Notes: generated by a model from the letters alone, not told the origin. A DNA stretch of 64,000 nt from Eledone cirrhosa (GCA_964016885.1 OZ024753.1:20646001-20710000); one strand, 5' to 3'; numbered from the stretch's first letter, positions 20,799-34,533 are shown. Translations and numbers: made by a program.

Positions 20799-23700
20799 GT
20801 ATCAATACCAAGAGTACAGCTCCATCTAGTGGCTGTCATTACTGTATTAACACCAACAATACAGCTCCATCTAGTGGCTGTCATTACTGCATCAATAGCA
20901 ACAGTACAGCTCCATCTAGTGGCTGTCATTACTCTATCAACACCAACAGTACAGCTCCATCTAGTGGCGGTCATTACTGTATCAACACCAAGAGTACAGC
21001 TCCATCTAGTGGCTGTCATTACTGTATCAATACCAACAGTACAGCTCCATCTAGTGGCTGTCGTTACTGTATTAACACCAACAGTACAGCTCCATCTAGT
21101 GCCTGTCATTACTGTATTAATACCAACAATACAGCTCCATCTAGTGGCTGTCATTATTGTATCAATACCAACAGTACAGCTCCATCTAGTGGCTGTCATT
21201 ACTGTATCAATACCAACAGTACAGCTCCATCTAGTGGCTGTCATTACTGTATCAACACCAACAGTACAGCTCCATCTAGTGGCGGTCATTACTGTATCAA
21301 CACCAACAGTACAGCTCCATCTAGTGGCTGTCATTATTGTATCAATACCAACAGTACAGCTCCATCTAGTGGCTGTCATTACTGTATCAACACCAACAGT
21401 ACAGCTCCATCTAGTGGCGGTCATTACTGTATCAACACCAAGAGTACAGCTCCATCTAGTGGCTGTCATTACTGTATCAATACCAACAGTACAGCTCCAT
21501 CTAGTGGCTGTCATTACTCTATCAACACCAACAGTACAGCTCCATCTAGTGGCGGTCATTACTGTATCAACACCAAGAGTACAGCTCCATCTAGTGGCTG
21601 TCATTACTGTATCAATACCAACAGTACAGCTCCATCTAGTGGCTGTCATTACTGTATCAATACCAACAGTACAGCTCCATCTAGTGGCTGTCATTACTGT
21701 ATCAACACCAAGAGTACAGCTCCATCTAGTGGCTGTCATTACTGTATCAATACCAACAGTACAGCTCCATCTAGTGGCTGTCATTATTGTATCAATACCA
21801 ACAGTACAGCTCCATCTAGTGGCTGTTATTACTGGATCAATACCAACAGTACAGCTCCATCTAGTGGCTGACATTACTGTATCAATACCAACAGTACAGC
21901 TCCATCTAGTGGCTGTCATTATTGTATCAATACCAACAGTACAGCTCCATCTAGTGGCTGTTATTACTGGATCAATACCAACAGTACAGCTCCATCTAGT
22001 GGCTGTCATTATTGTATCAACAGCAACAATACAGCTCCATCTAGTGGCTGTCATTATTGTATCAACACCAACAGTACAGCTCCATCTACTGGCTGTCATT
22101 ACTGTATCAACACCAACAGTACAGCTCCATCTACTGGCTGTCATTACTGTATCAACACCAACAGTACAGCTCCATCTAGTGGCTCTCATTACTGCATCAT
22201 ACCAACAGTACAGCTCCATCTATTGGCTGTCATTACTGTATCAATACCAACAGTACAGCTCCATCTATTGGCTGTCATTACTGTATCAACACCAACAGTA
22301 CAGCTCCATCTAGTGGCTCTCATTACTGCATCATACCAACAGTACAGCTCCATCTATTGGCTGTCATTACTGTATCAACACCAACAGTACAGCTCCATCT
22401 ATTGGCTGTCATTACTGTATCAATACCAACAGTACAGCTCCATCTACTGGCTGTCATTACTGTATCAACACCAAGAATACAGCTCCATCTAGTGGCTGTC
22501 ATTACTGTATCAATACCAACACTACAGCTCCATCTAGTGGCTGTCATTACTGTATCAATACCAACAGTACAGATCCATCTAGTGGCTGTCATTACTGTAT
22601 CAATACCAACAAGACAGCTCCATCTAGTGGCTGTCATTACTGTATCAACACCAACAGTACAGCTCCATCTAGTGGCTGTCATTACTGTATCAACACCAAG
22701 AATACAGCTCCATCTAGTGGCTGTCATTACTGTATCAATACCAACACTACAGCTCCATCTAGTGGCTGTCATTACTGTATCAATACCAACAGTACAGATC
22801 CATCTAGTGGCTGTCATTACTGTATCAATACCAACAAGACAGCTCCATCTAGTGGCTGTCATTACTGTATCAATACCAACAGTACAGCTCCATCTAGTGG
22901 CTGTCATTACTGTATCAATACCAACAGTGCAGCTCCATCTAGTGGCTGTCATTACTGTATCAACACCAACAGTACAGCTCCATCTAGTGGCTGTCATTAC
23001 TGTATCAACACCAACAGTACAGCTCCATCTAGTGGCTGTCATTACTGTATCAACACCAACAGTACAGCTCCATCTAGTGGCTGTCATTACTGTATCAACA
23101 CCAACAGTACAGCTCCATCTAGTGGCTGTCATTACTGTATCAATATCAACAGTACAGCTCCATCTAGTGGCTGTCATTACTGTATCAATACCAACAGTAC
23201 AACTCCATCTAGTGGCTGTAATTGATGTATCAACACCAACAGTACAGCTCCATCTAGTGGCTGTAATTGATGTATCAACACCAACAGTACAGCTCCATCT
23301 AGTGGCAGTCATTACTGTATCAACACCAACAGTACAGCTCCATCTAGTGGCTGTCATTATTGTATCAACACACAGTACAGCTCCATCTAGTGGCTGTCAT
23401 TACTGTATCAACAGCAACAATACAGCTCCATCTATTGGCTGTCATTACTGTATCAATACCAACAAGACAGCTCCATCTAGTGGCTGACATTACTGTGTCA
23501 ATACCAACAGTACAGCTCCATCTAGTGGCGGTCATTACTGTATCAATACCAACAAGACAGCTCCATCTAGTGGCTGTCATTACTGTATCAACACCAACAG
23601 TACAGCTCCATCTAGTGGCTGTCATTACTGTACCAACACCAACAGTACAGCTCCATCTAGTGGCTGTCATTACTGTATCAATACCAACAATACAGCTCCA

Positions 23701-24723
23701 TCTAGTGGCTGTCATTACTGTATCAATACCAACAGTACAGCTCCATCTAGTGACTGTCATTATTGTATCAACACCAACAGTACAGCTCCATCTAGTGGCT
23801 GTAATTACTGTATCAATACCAACAGTACAGCTCCATCTAGTGGCTGTCATTACTGTATCAATACCAACAATACAGCTCCATCTAGTGGCTGTCATTACTG
23901 TATCAACAGTACAGCTCCATCTAGTGGCTGTCATTACTGTATTGATACCAAGAGTACAGCTCCATCTAGTGGCTGTCATTACTGTATCAATACCAACAGT
24001 ACAGCTCCATCTAGTGGCTGTCATTACTGTATTGATACCAAAAGTACAGCTCCATCTAGTGGCTGTCATTACTGTATCAATACCAACAAGACAGCTCCAT
24101 CTAGTGGCTGTCATTACTGTATCAATACCAACAAGACAGCTCCATCTAGTGGCTGTCATTACTGTATCAATACCAACAATACAGCTCCATCTAGTGTTTG
24201 TCATTACTGTATCAACACCAACAAGACAGCTCCATCTAGTGGCTGTCATTACTGTATCAATACCAACAGTACAGCTCCATCTAGTGGCTGTCATTACTGT
24301 ATCAATACCAACAGTACAGCTCCATCTAGTGGCTGTCATTACTGTATCAATACCAACAGTACAGCTCCATCTAGTGGCTGTCATTACTGTATCAATACCA
24401 ACAGTACAGCTCCATCTAGTGGCTGTCATTACTGTATCAACACCAACAATACAGCTCCATCTAGTGACTGTCATTACTGTATCAATACCAACAGTACAGC
24501 TCCATCTAGTGGCTGTCATTACTGTATCAATACCAACAGTACAGCTCCATCTAGTGGCTGTCATTACTGTATCAACACACAGTACAGCTCCATCTAGTGG
24601 CTGTCATTACTGTATCAATACCAACAATACAGCTCCATCTAGTGGCTGTCATTATTGTATCAACAGCAACAATACAGCTCCATCTAGTGGCTGTCATTAC
24701 TGTATCAATACCAACAGTGCAGC

Positions 24724-25125
24724 TATAATGGGTTTTAGGGTCAATTCTTGGTATACATAATAGAAATCAGAAGGCATTTAGAACATTGACTAAATCCATT
24801 ATCGATGTTGTAACTATATTTATTAGTTGTACAGGTTGAACGGATACATTAGGTACAGGTAGTATCTACATGTGTAGGATGTAGTTTGGTCCGCTTCATT
24901 GCAAGATGGAGATGTTGTTAGCAGCGAGGAGTGTAGCCTGGTCTTGTCGATAAGAGAGGTGCGTGTAGACTAATGTCTCTCTTGGTCACCTCCGCTCACC
25001 TGGTGACGTAGTTCTGGACAGTCCAATTAGTGCACCGAAGGTTTCGATTGGCTCACACTTCAGCCAACTTACCTCCGTAACACCATTCCGCCGCAGAAGG
25101 AAAATACATTTCATTCACTGCTACA
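24724..25125 (-). repeat. 3' LTR (402 bp, TG...TA termini)
   Basis: Direct repeat of 30107-30508 with three substitutions seen. PPT AAGCAGGGGGTGA lies immediately upstream (25126-25138). Confidence 0.97.
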
Positions 25126-25347
25126 TCACCCCCTGCTTAGGCTTACAGCCGACAGAGAAATAAGGGTAGCAGTTGAATGAAAGAAAAAGTACTATATAAT
25201 AGTAAACACAATAAAATATATCACTGATAAAGAAATGTTCATATTACAGGAAAGTCAGAAATAGTGTAATGTTCACCTTAGTTCATACATTTAATACAAA
25301 TACAAGGGCGGAGCAAACTCCAAGAAGATTGCTGTAAATAACATAGT

Positions 25348-28300
25348 TCATATATAAAGAGTCTTGCAAAGCTTCTTGGGCCAATGTACCCGCCGACCGC
25401 TACGTGTGGTGGTGACATATCTAGGTGTGTGCGATGTTATATGTGTATTGTGGCTTGGCTGATGCCAGGTGTATGTGGGGGGGAAATGGGGCTCTTGTGT
25501 GAGAGTGTCTGTATAGGCCCGTTTTACCCTGTCAATGGACACAGTCTCTTTTTTACCCCCAATGTCTAGGGTGAATAGCTTATCTGTGCGCTCAAGCACG
25601 CGATAGGGACCGGTATAAGGTGGCATGAGAGGAGCTCTCACGGCGTCCTTTCGTAAAAAGACGTGGGTCCATGAAGCAATGTCTTTCGGGACCGAAGATT
25701 TGATTGTCTGTTGGCGAGGGTGCATAGGCGGAAGATTGCTGAAATATGATTGCAGTCTGCTCACATACAGAGCTGGGTCTGTTGCTGGTAGGTCCAATGG
25801 AGCTAACATCTGACCAGGCAGAGATATAGGCACTCCGTAAACCAACTCGGCGGGGGAGTAGCCTAGATCTTCCTTGATGGCTGCACGACAGCCCAGGAGG
25901 ACAATTGGTACATATTCGCTCCACCGCTGCTGATCCGGATAAGCGCGCAGTGCGGCTTTCAATTGGCGGTGGAAGCGTTCAATCATTCCGTTAGAAGCTG
26001 GATGGTAGCCGGTCGTTCGAATGCGTTGCATTCCCAGGATCCTTGAAAGCTCTCGGATAAGGTGTGACTCAAATTGTCCACCTCGGTCAGTGGTGATAGT
26101 GGCTGGAACTCCGTAACGCGATATCCAACCCGATACTAGGGCTCGCGCCACAGATTCCGCCGAAATGTCACTTAAAGGAATGGCTTCAGGCCAACGTGTG
26201 AAGCGATCTATGCAGGTCAGGAGGTATGTAAATCCTCGGCTGACCGGCCATGGTCCGACAAGATCTATATGGACATGGCTGAACCTAGCGTCTGGAGTGC
26301 TGAAAGTTCCAAGGGGTGCGCGGATGTGTTTGTGCACCTTTGACTTTTGGCAGGATAGGCAGGAACGTGTCCAGGCAGTGATGTCACGCCTCATATTAGG
26401 CCAGAAGAATCTAGCCGAAATGAGCTTCACTGTGGTCGATATTCCAGGGTGTGCCAGACCGTGCAGGGTGTCGAAAACTGCTCGACGATGAGTCACTGGC
26501 ACTAGAGGGCGAGGTGCATCTGTCGAGGTGTCGCAGATAATCTGTGTGTCCGAAGTGGGCACAGGCAGATATGCGAATTTGCCAGTTGCAAATTCAGAAG
26601 ACGAGAGGTCCAAAGTATCCAGAGGTGGTTGTTCCGTGGCCATTCGTTGGAGGTCGATTTCCGCTGGCGATGACAGGGAATTAATTGGGAGGCGAGACAG
26701 TGCATCTGCCGCTGCATTCTGCTCACCAGAGATGTGTCGGATATCGCTGGTAAATTGCGAAACGAAGTCCAAGTGGCGAGTTTCGCGAGGTGAATATTTG
26801 TCCGGCTTAGAACGCAGTGCGAACGTAAGCGGACGGTGGTCAGTGTATATAACAAATTGGCGACCCTCCAGTGAATGCCGAAAGTGTTTCACTGCAAGGT
26901 ACATAGCCAAGAGTTCACGGCCGAATGTGCTATACCGTGTTTCTGCAGGCTTCAGCTGTTTAGAAAAGTAGGCAAGAGGTTGTAACTGTTGTTGGTGATG
27001 TTGTTGCAGTACTGCACCTACAGCTGTGCCTGATGCATCAACAACCAGTGAAAACTGGGCACCAGACACAGGATGTGCAAGCAGTGATGTCTCCGCAAGC
27101 CTCCGCTTCACTTCGTCGAAGGCTTTTAGCTGATTCGTGTCCAATGAAATGGAATCGTTCTTCTTTTTCCTGTTACGTAACAGGTCGGACAGAGGAGATA
27201 GGAGATCCGCACAGTGTGGGATAAAGCGCCTGTAATAGTTCAGTAGCCCAAGGAAATGTCGTAGTTGACGAAGTGAAGTGGGTGGTTGGAGGTCTTGTAC
27301 CGCTTTCACTTTATCAGGTAGTGGCGAAATTCCTTCTGGGCTGATGACATGGCCCAAGAAGACAAGTGAGGAAGCACCGAAAACACATTTTGCCGGATTA
27401 ATCCTCACTTGGTATTTTTGAAATCTCTCGAACAGGAGACGGAGGTGTTTGACATGTTCCTCAGGTGAGGCACTTGCCACAAGAATGTCGTCGATGTAGT
27501 TGTACACGAAGTCTAAATCGCGCACAACCTCATCCATAAATCGCTGGAACGTGCTGGCTGCGTTTCGCAAACCGAAAGGCATGGTCAAAAATTCAAACGC
27601 TCCAAATGGAGTTGTTACTGCAGTTTTAGGTATGTCTGCCGGGTTCACCGGGATTTGGTGGTATGCTTTGACCAAATCCAATTTGGAGAATATGTTGCAT
27701 CCATGCAGCGAAGATGCAAAATCCTGTATGTGTGGTATCGGGTAGCGGTCGGGTACCGTCATTGCATTTAATCGGCGAAAGTCCCCAGTGGGACGCCAAT
27801 CACCGGAACGCTTTGGTACCAAATGCAAGGGTGCGGCCCACGGGCTTGAGGATGGGCGAATGATCCCGAGCTGCAGCATGTGATTGAATTCAGCCTTTGC
27901 GGCCTTCAGTTTCTCAGCAGAGAGACGGCGAGGGCGCGAAAACACAGGAGCTCCGGATGTTTCAATGTGGTGCTTGGTGGAGTGAGTAGGCTCACTCATC
28001 ACAAAATTCAAATTTGTTAATTCCGGGAAGGAATGCAAAAGTGATTGGTAAGGATCTTCTGTAGCAGCGATAAAGAAGACCGGGCTGACCGACGAGACAG
28101 TCGATCTGGTACCCGGCACAGACAGTTCTGTGTTGGCATCCAACAACCGGCGTCTGCGCATATCCACTATCAAGTTATAGTGGTGCAGGAAATCTGAGCC
28201 TAGGATGGGGTAAGGCAGATCAGCAACAGTGAAGATCCACGTGAAATCTCTACGCAATTCCAGGTTCAAAGAACGAGAAATCTGACCGTACGTGGGGATC

Positions 28301-28503
28301 GGTGACTGGTTTACTGCTTGCAGAGAGACGGTTGAGAGTTGTGGCTTCTCTTTGAGAAGTTTTAGCGGCCAAATGCTACAAGCCGCGCCGGTGTCGATCA
28401 GACAACGTGCTTGCGACTCAGTGTCTGTGATGAAAAACACACGGTTATTAGGGAGGGTCAGAGGAGACTGTGCCGTGCTCAGGTCTCCTGAAATCTGTTT
28501 CCC
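25348..28503 (-). CDS. pol: Pol polyprotein (protease, RT, RNase H, integrase), expressed by -1 frameshift from gag
   Basis: LIDTGA; [22 protein letters not shown]; [20 protein letters not shown]; [28 protein letters not shown]. No stops in 1057 aa. Confidence 0.97.
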   Translation of the reverse strand, partial: GKQISGDLSTAQSPLTLPNNRVFFITDTESQARCLIDTGAACSIWPLKLLKEKPQLSTVSLQAVNQSPIPTYGQISRSLNLELRRDFTWIFTVADLPYPILGSDFLHHYNLIVDMRRRRLLDANTELSVPGTRSTVSSVSPVFFIAATEDPYQSLLHSFPELTNLNFVMSEPTHSTKHHIETSGAPVFSRPRRLSAEKLKAAKAEFNHMLQLGIIRPSSSPWAAPLHLVPKRSGDWRPTGDFRRLNAMTVPDRYPIPHIQDFASSLHGCNIFSKLDLVKAYHQIPVNPADIPKTAVTTPFGAFEFLTMPFGLRNAASTFQRFMDEVVRDLDFVYNYIDDILVASASPEEHVKHLRLLFERFQKYQVRINPAKCVFGASSLVFLGHVISPEGISPLPDKVKAVQDLQPPTSLRQLRHFLGLLNYYRRFIPHCADLLSPLSDLLRNRKKKNDSISLDTNQLKAFDEVKRRLAETSLLAHPVSGAQFSLVVDASGTAVGAVLQQHHQQQLQPLAYFSKQLKPAETRYSTFGRELLAMYLAVKHFRHSLEGRQFVIYTDHRPLTFALRSKPDKYSPRETRHLDFVSQFTSDIRHISGEQNAAADALSRLPINSLSSPAEIDLQRMATEQPPLDTLDLSSSEFATGKFAYLPVPTSDTQIICDTSTDAPRPLVPVTHRRAVFDTLHGLAHPGISTTVKLISARFFWPNMRRDITAWTRSCLSCQKSKVHKHIRAPLGTFSTPDARFSHVHIDLVGPWPVSRGFTYLLTCIDRFTRWPEAIPLSDISAESVARALVSGWISRYGVPATITTDRGGQFESHLIRELSRILGMQRIRTTGYHPASNGMIERFHRQLKAALRAYPDQQRWSEYVPIVLLGCRAAIKEDLGYSPAELVYGVPISLPGQMLAPLDLPATDPALYVSRLQSYFSNLPPMHPRQQTIKSSVPKDIASWTHVFLRKDAVRAPLMPPYTGPYRVLERTDKLFTLDIGGKKETVSIDRVKRAYTDTLTQEPHFPPTYTWHQPSHNTHITSHTPRYVTTTRSGRRVHWPKKLCKTLYI

Positions 28504-29441
28504 TGGTCTGAAAATGTACAAGGCTGTTTACAGGAGCGTGCTGCTGCGCCAAAACGGCTGTGGTAGTAACACAAACCTGAACTGCTTGTGTGACGGCGTC
28601 GTGGCGAGGGTGAATGGCTCTGGAAACGGCGTCTGGGCGAATGAGCCCTGTGAGTGCTTAGTTTTCTCACTTCCTTGGTTAGCTGCTCTATTGCTTGCAG
28701 CATTGCTGCATTTGCAAGTGACTGGTCGGTATAACTGGCAGCCGCTGGAGTGAAGGAAGCGACCGCAGTCGGCGGCTGGGATACATTGAAGGAGACAGGA
28801 GCGAACGGATTGACCGCAGCCGGTGGTTGAGGTGCCTGGAAGGAGGCAGGAGAGAACGGATTGACCGCAGCCGGTGGCTGAGGTGCCTGGAAGGAGGCAG
28901 GAGAGAACGGATTGACCGCAGCCGGTGGCTGAGGTGCCTGGAAGGGGGCAAATGAGGCTGGGTGTCCGATGACACTCATAACCCTGTCGGCCGAAGCCGC
29001 TAGCTGGTCGACAGGAGCAGCCTCCATCATGGGCGCTAAGATCGCCTGAACTCCGGGGGGTAGCCTTGAGACAAAAAGCTGTCTAAGGAGGGCACTGTCA
29101 GCTGGGGCATCTTCCGCCAGCTCTCTCATCCGACGCAGTAGTTGTGTGGGCGTCCGATCACCCAAATGTTCGTCATTGACGAGCGTCTGAAATTTTTTTT
29201 CTGCGGACAATGTGGTCCGCCGCAACACTTCGAGCTTCACGCTCTCATAGGAGGCCCCAGGGCGAGGATCGGTAATTAAGTCTTTGACGACCGACGTCAA
29301 TGACGCTGGAAAAGCGCTTAACAGGAGATTTAACTGTCTGTGGTCACTGGTGATGTTATTCGCTGTGAAATGTGCTTCTATCTGGGCGAACCAGACAGTG
29401 ACGTCACCGGTAAACGGTGGCAATGAAGTGCTACCCATTGT
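28479..29441 (-). CDS. gag: Gag polyprotein
   Basis: [44 protein letters not shown], and C-X2-H-X9-C-X3-C knuckle ([18 protein letters not shown]). The ATG start position is approximate (ORF called from 29468). Confidence 0.92.
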   Translation of the reverse strand, partial: TMGSTSLPPFTGDVTVWFAQIEAHFTANNITSDHRQLNLLLSAFPASLTSVVKDLITDPRPGASYESVKLEVLRRTTLSAEKKFQTLVNDEHLGDRTPTQLLRRMRELAEDAPADSALLRQLFVSRLPPGVQAILAPMMEAAPVDQLAASADRVMSVIGHPASFAPFQAPQPPAAVNPFSPASFQAPQPPAAVNPFSPASFQAPQPPAAVNPFAPVSFNVSQPPTAVASFTPAAASYTDQSLANAAMLQAIEQLTKEVRKLSTHRAHSPRRRFQSHSPSPRRRHTSSSGLCYYHSRFGAAARSCKQPCTFSDQGNRFQET

Positions 29442-30086
29442 GTATACTGATGTAAAAGCAAAGGGCAAAGAAAGGACAACTCTGCACTTGTCACCGAGAC
29501 AAAAGTGAAAATTCAGGGCAAGAAAAAATATAATCCGAGTGAAGGACAGAAAAAGAAAAATATATCAAAAACAATGTTGGAGGGAAAAACGTCAAGCTTT
29601 AAAAAAAAATTATGATTTATCTTTGTCCTATTATTTATTTTTTTTTTTGTGTACTTTTCAAAATGGCGTTGCCTCCGTCGTTTTGGCGGGAAAACAGCTG
29701 AAGAAGACGGAAGTCGGCCATCTTGCTCTGACCGGCTATCAGCGCCAACAGTTTTTTTTTTTAGTTTTTTTATAGCGTCGCCCAATCAGAAATTGAGAGG
29801 GAAAATAAGATTTTTGTATTAACGCATGTGTTCGGTGATGTTAGAAAGTGAAGGTGTGATGTGCAGATTTAGTAACAATAAGACAATATATCAAATACAT
29901 ATTAGGACTCACGCTAATCGCGTACATACCCCGAGAAAAGGCGAGTGGCTTTGTTTTTTTTGGGGGGGGGGGGGGGGGGGGGGGCGAAATGTTGATGTGT
30001 TCGTTGCAAGGGAAAGATGTGGTTTCTTCTGTGTTGATGACCTTAAACGTTCGGGTCACCATTTATAATGTGATTTGTTGTATCGT

Positions 30087-30104
30087 ATCACGTCGGGGTC
30101 ACCA
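30087..30104 (-). promoter_or_regulatory. Primer-binding site complementary to the tRNA-Trp 3' end
   Basis: The plus strand reads ATCACGTCGGGGTCACCA, the 3' 18 nt of metazoan tRNA-Trp(CCA) including CCA. Confidence 0.9.
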
Positions 30105-30106
30105 TT

Positions 30107-30508
30107 TATAACGGGTTTTAGGGTCAATTCTTGGTATACATAATAGAAATCAGAAGACATTTAGAACGTTGACTAAATCCATTATCGATGTTGTAACTAT
30201 ATTTATTAGTTGTACAGGTTGAACGGATACATTAGGTACAGGTAGTATCTACATGTGTAGGATGTAGTTTGGTCCGCTTCATTGCAAGATGGAGATGTTG
30301 TTAGCAGCGAGGAGTGTAGCCTGGTCTTGTCGATAAGAGAGGTGCGTGTAGACTAATGTCTCTCTTGGTCACCTCCGCTCACCTGGTGACGTAGTTCTGG
30401 ACAGTCCAATTAGTGCACCGAAGGTTTCGATTGGCTCACACTTCAGCCAACTTACCTCCGTAACACCATTCCGCCGCAGAAGGAAAATACATTTCATTCA
30501 CTGCTACA
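30107..30508 (-). repeat. 5' LTR (402 bp)
   Basis: Starts TGTAGCAGTG and ends CCCGTTATA on the minus strand, followed after 2 nt by the PBS. Confidence 0.97.
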
Positions 30509-33500
30509 CAGCCCCATCTAGTGGCTGTCATTACTGTATCAATACCAACAATACAGCTCCATCTACTGGCTGTCATTACTGTATCAATACCAACAGTACA
30601 GCTCCATCTAGTGACTGTCATTACTGTATTAATACCAAGAGTACAGCTCCATCTAGTGGCTGTGATTACTGTATTAATACCAAGAGTACAGCTCCATCTA
30701 GTGGCTGTGATTACTGTATCAATACCAAAAGTACAGCTCCATCTAGTGGCTGTCATTACTGTATTAATACCAAGAGTACAGCTCCATCTAGTGGCTGTCA
30801 TTACTGTATTAATACCAAGAGTACAGCTCCATCTAGTGGCTGTCATTACTGTATTAATACCAAGAGTACAGCTCCATCTAGTGGCTGTGATTACTGTATC
30901 AACACCAACAGTACAGCTCCATCTACTGGCTGTCATTACTGTATCAATACCAAAAGTACAGCTCCATCTAGTGGCTGTCATTACTGTATTAATACCAAGA
31001 GTACAGCTCCATCTAGTGGCTGTCATTACTGTATTAATACCAAGAGTACAGCTCCATCTAGTGGCTGTGATTACTGTATTAATACCAAGAGTACAGCTCC
31101 ATCTAGTGGCTGTCATTACTGTATTAATACCAAGAGTACAGCTCCATCTAGTGGCTGTCATTACTGTATTAATACCAAGAGTACAGCTCCATCTAGTGGC
31201 TGTCATTACTGTATTAATACCAAGAGTACAGCTCCATCTAGTGGCTGTCATTACTGTATTAATACCAAGAGTACAGCTCCATCTAGTGGCTGTCATTACT
31301 GTATTAATACCAAGAGTACAGCTCCATCTAGTGGCTGTCATTACTGTATTAATACCAAGAGTACAGCTCCATCTAGTGGCTGTCATTACTGTATTAATAC
31401 CAAGAGTACAGCTCCATCTAGTGGCTGTCATTACTGTATTAATACCAAGAGTACAGCTCCATCTAGTGGCTGTCATTACTGTATTAATACCAAGAGTACA
31501 GCTCCATCTAGTGGCTGTGATTACTGTATCAATACCAAGAGTACAGCTCCATCTAGTGGCAGTCATTACTGTATTAATACCAAGAGTACAGCTCCATCTA
31601 GTGGCTGTCATTACTGTATTAATACCAACAGTACAACTCCATCTAGTGGCTGTCATTACTGTATCAATACCAACAGTACAGCTCCATCTAGTGGCTGTCA
31701 TTACTGTATCAATACCAACAGTACAGCTCCATCTAGTGGCTGTCATTACTGTATCAATACCAACAGTACAGCTCCATCTAGTGGCTGTCATTACTGTATC
31801 AACACACAGTACAGCTTCATCTAGTGGCTGTCATTACTGTATTAATACCAAGAGTACAGCTCCATCTAGTGGCTGTCATTACTGTATCAACACACAGTAC
31901 AGCTCCATCTAGTGGCTGTCATTACTGTATCAACACACAGTACAGCTCCATCTAGTGGCTGTCATTACTGTATTAATACCAAGAGTACAGCTCCATCTAG
32001 TGGCTGTCATTACTGTATTAATACCAACAGTACAGCTCCATCTAGTGGCTGTAATTACTGTATCAACACCAACAGTACAGCTCCATCTAGTGGCTGTCAT
32101 TACTGTATCAATACCAACAAGACAGCTCCATCTAGTGGCTGTGATTACTGTATCAATACCAACAGTACAGCTCCATCTAGTGGCTGTCATTAGTGTATCA
32201 ATACCAACAGTACAGCTCCATCTAGTGGCTGTCATTACTGTATCAACACCAACAGTACAGCTCCATCTAGTGGCTGTCATTACTGTATCAACACCAACAG
32301 TACAGCTCCATCTAGTGGCTGTCATTACTGTATCAACACCAACAGTACAGCTCCATCTAGTGGCTGTCATTACTGTATCAATACCAACAATACAGCTCGA
32401 TCTAGTGGCTGTCATTACTGTATCAATACCAACAAGACAGCTCCATCTAGTGGCTGTCATTACTGTATCAATACCAACAGTACAGCTCCATCTAGTGGCT
32501 GTCATTACTGTATCAATACCAACAGTACAGCTCCATCTAGTGGCTGTCATTACTCTATCAACACCAACAGTACAGCTCCATCTAGTGGCTGTCCTTACTG
32601 TATCAACACCAACAGTACAGCTCCATCTAGTGTTTGTCATTACTGTATCAACACCAACAGTACAGCTCCATCTAGTGGCTGTCATTACTGTATCAATACC
32701 AACAATACAGCTCCATCTAGTGGCTGTCATTACTGTATCAACACCAACAGTACAGCTCCATCTAGTGGCTGTCATTATTGTATCAATACCAACAGTACAG
32801 CTCCATCTAGTGGCTGTCATTACTGTATCAACACCAACAGTACAGCTCCATCTAGTGGCTGTCATTACTGTATCAATACCAACAATACAGCTCCATCTAG
32901 TGGCTGTCATTACTGTATCAACACCAACAGTACAGCTCCATCTAGTGGCTGTCATTACTGTATCAACACCAACAGTGCAGCCCCATCTAGTGTCTGTCAT
33001 TACTGTATCAACACCAACAGTACAGCTCCATCTAGTGGCTGTCATTATTGTATCAATACCAACAGTACAGCTCCATCTAGTGGCTGTCATTACTGTATCA
33101 ACACCAACAGTACAGCTCCATCTAGTGGCTGTCATTACTGTATCAATACCAACAAGACAGCTCCATCTAGTGGCTGTCATTACTGTATCAACACCAACAG
33201 TACAGCTCCATCTAGTGGCTGTCATTACTGTATCAACACCAACAGTGCAGCCCCATCTAGTGGCTGTCATTACTGTATCAATACCAACAATACAGCTCCA
33301 TCTAGTGGCTGTCATTACTGTATCAACACCAACAGTACAGCTCCATCTAGTGGCTGTCATTACTGTATTAATACCAACAATACAGCTCCATCTAGCGGCT
33401 GTCATTACTGTATCAATACCAACAATACAGCTCCATCTAGTGGCTGTCATTACTGTATCAACACCAACAGTACAGCTCCATCTAGTGGCTGTCATTACTG

Positions 33501-34356
33501 TATCAATACCAACAGTACAGCTCCATCTAGTGGCTGTCATTACTGTATCAATACCAACAATACAGCTCCATCTAGTGGCTGTCATTACTGTATCAATACC
33601 AAAAGTACAGCTCCATCTAGCGGCTGTCATTACTGTATCAACACCAGCAGTACAGCTCCATCTAGTGGCTGTCATTACTGTATCAATACCAACAGTACAG
33701 CTCCATCTAGCGGCTGTAATTACTGTATCAATACCAACAATACAGCTCCATCTAGTGGCTGTCATTACTGTATCAACACCAACAGTACAGCTCCATCTAG
33801 TGGCTGTCATTACTGTATCAATACCAACAGTGCAGCTCCATCTAGTGGCTGTGATTACTGTATCAACACCAACAGTGCAGCCCCATCTAGTGGCTGTCAT
33901 TACTGTATCAATACCAACAGTACAGCTCCATCTAGTGGCTGTCATTACTGTATCAATACCAACAGTACAGCTCCATCTAGTGGCTGTCCTTACTGTATCA
34001 ATACCAACAGTGCAGCCCCATCTAGTGGCTGTCATTACTGTATCAATACCAACAAGACAGCTCCATCTAGTGGCTGTCATTACTGTATCAATACCAACAG
34101 TACAGCTCCATCTAGTGGCTCTCATTACTGTATCAATACCAACAGTACAGCTCCATCTAGTGGCTGTCATTACTGTATCAACACACAGTACAGCTCCATC
34201 TAGTGGCTGTCATTACTGTATCAATACCAACAGTGCAGCTCCATCTAGTGGCTGTCATTACTGTATTAATACCAAGAGTACAGCTCCATCTAGTGGCTGT
34301 CATTACTGTATCAACACCAACAAGACAGCTCCATCTACTGGCTGTCATTACTGTAT

Positions 34357-34533
34357 GGATTGGCAGTATCGGTAGAGGGTCGGACGCCATGCTTTCCAGC
34401 GTAGTTACGTCCCTTTACTATCTGAGTTCAAATCCCGCCGAGGTTGACTTTGCCTTTCATCCTTACGGGGTCGATAAAATAAAGTACCAGTAATGCACTG
34501 GTAATTGCTGGCCTTGTGCCTAAAGTAGAAACA
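34357..34533 (+). mobile_element. Full-length Meta-core tRNA-SINE inside the satellite, 10-bp TSD ATTACTGTAT
   Basis: TSD at 34347-34356 and 34534-34543. B-box GAGTTCAAATCCC. Same family as 13148-13330. Confidence 0.92.

Larger units (their letters stand above)
24724..30508 (-). mobile_element. Full-length Ty3/Gypsy LTR retrotransposon, CsRN1/Kabuki-like lineage
   Basis: 402-bp LTRs, 4-bp TSD CAGC (24720-24723 / 30509-30512), tRNA-Trp PBS, PPT, CHCC gag, intact pol in PR-RT-RH-IN order. Confidence 0.97.

Noticed and set aside
26498-26514. CTCF-like GCACTAGAGGGCGA inside pol
   Set aside because: It lacks the CC core start and lies in coding sequence, so it is probably chance.
34357-34440. 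tRNA gene
   Set aside because: A- and B-boxes are present but there is no cloverleaf. It continues into a SINE core and has a TSD.
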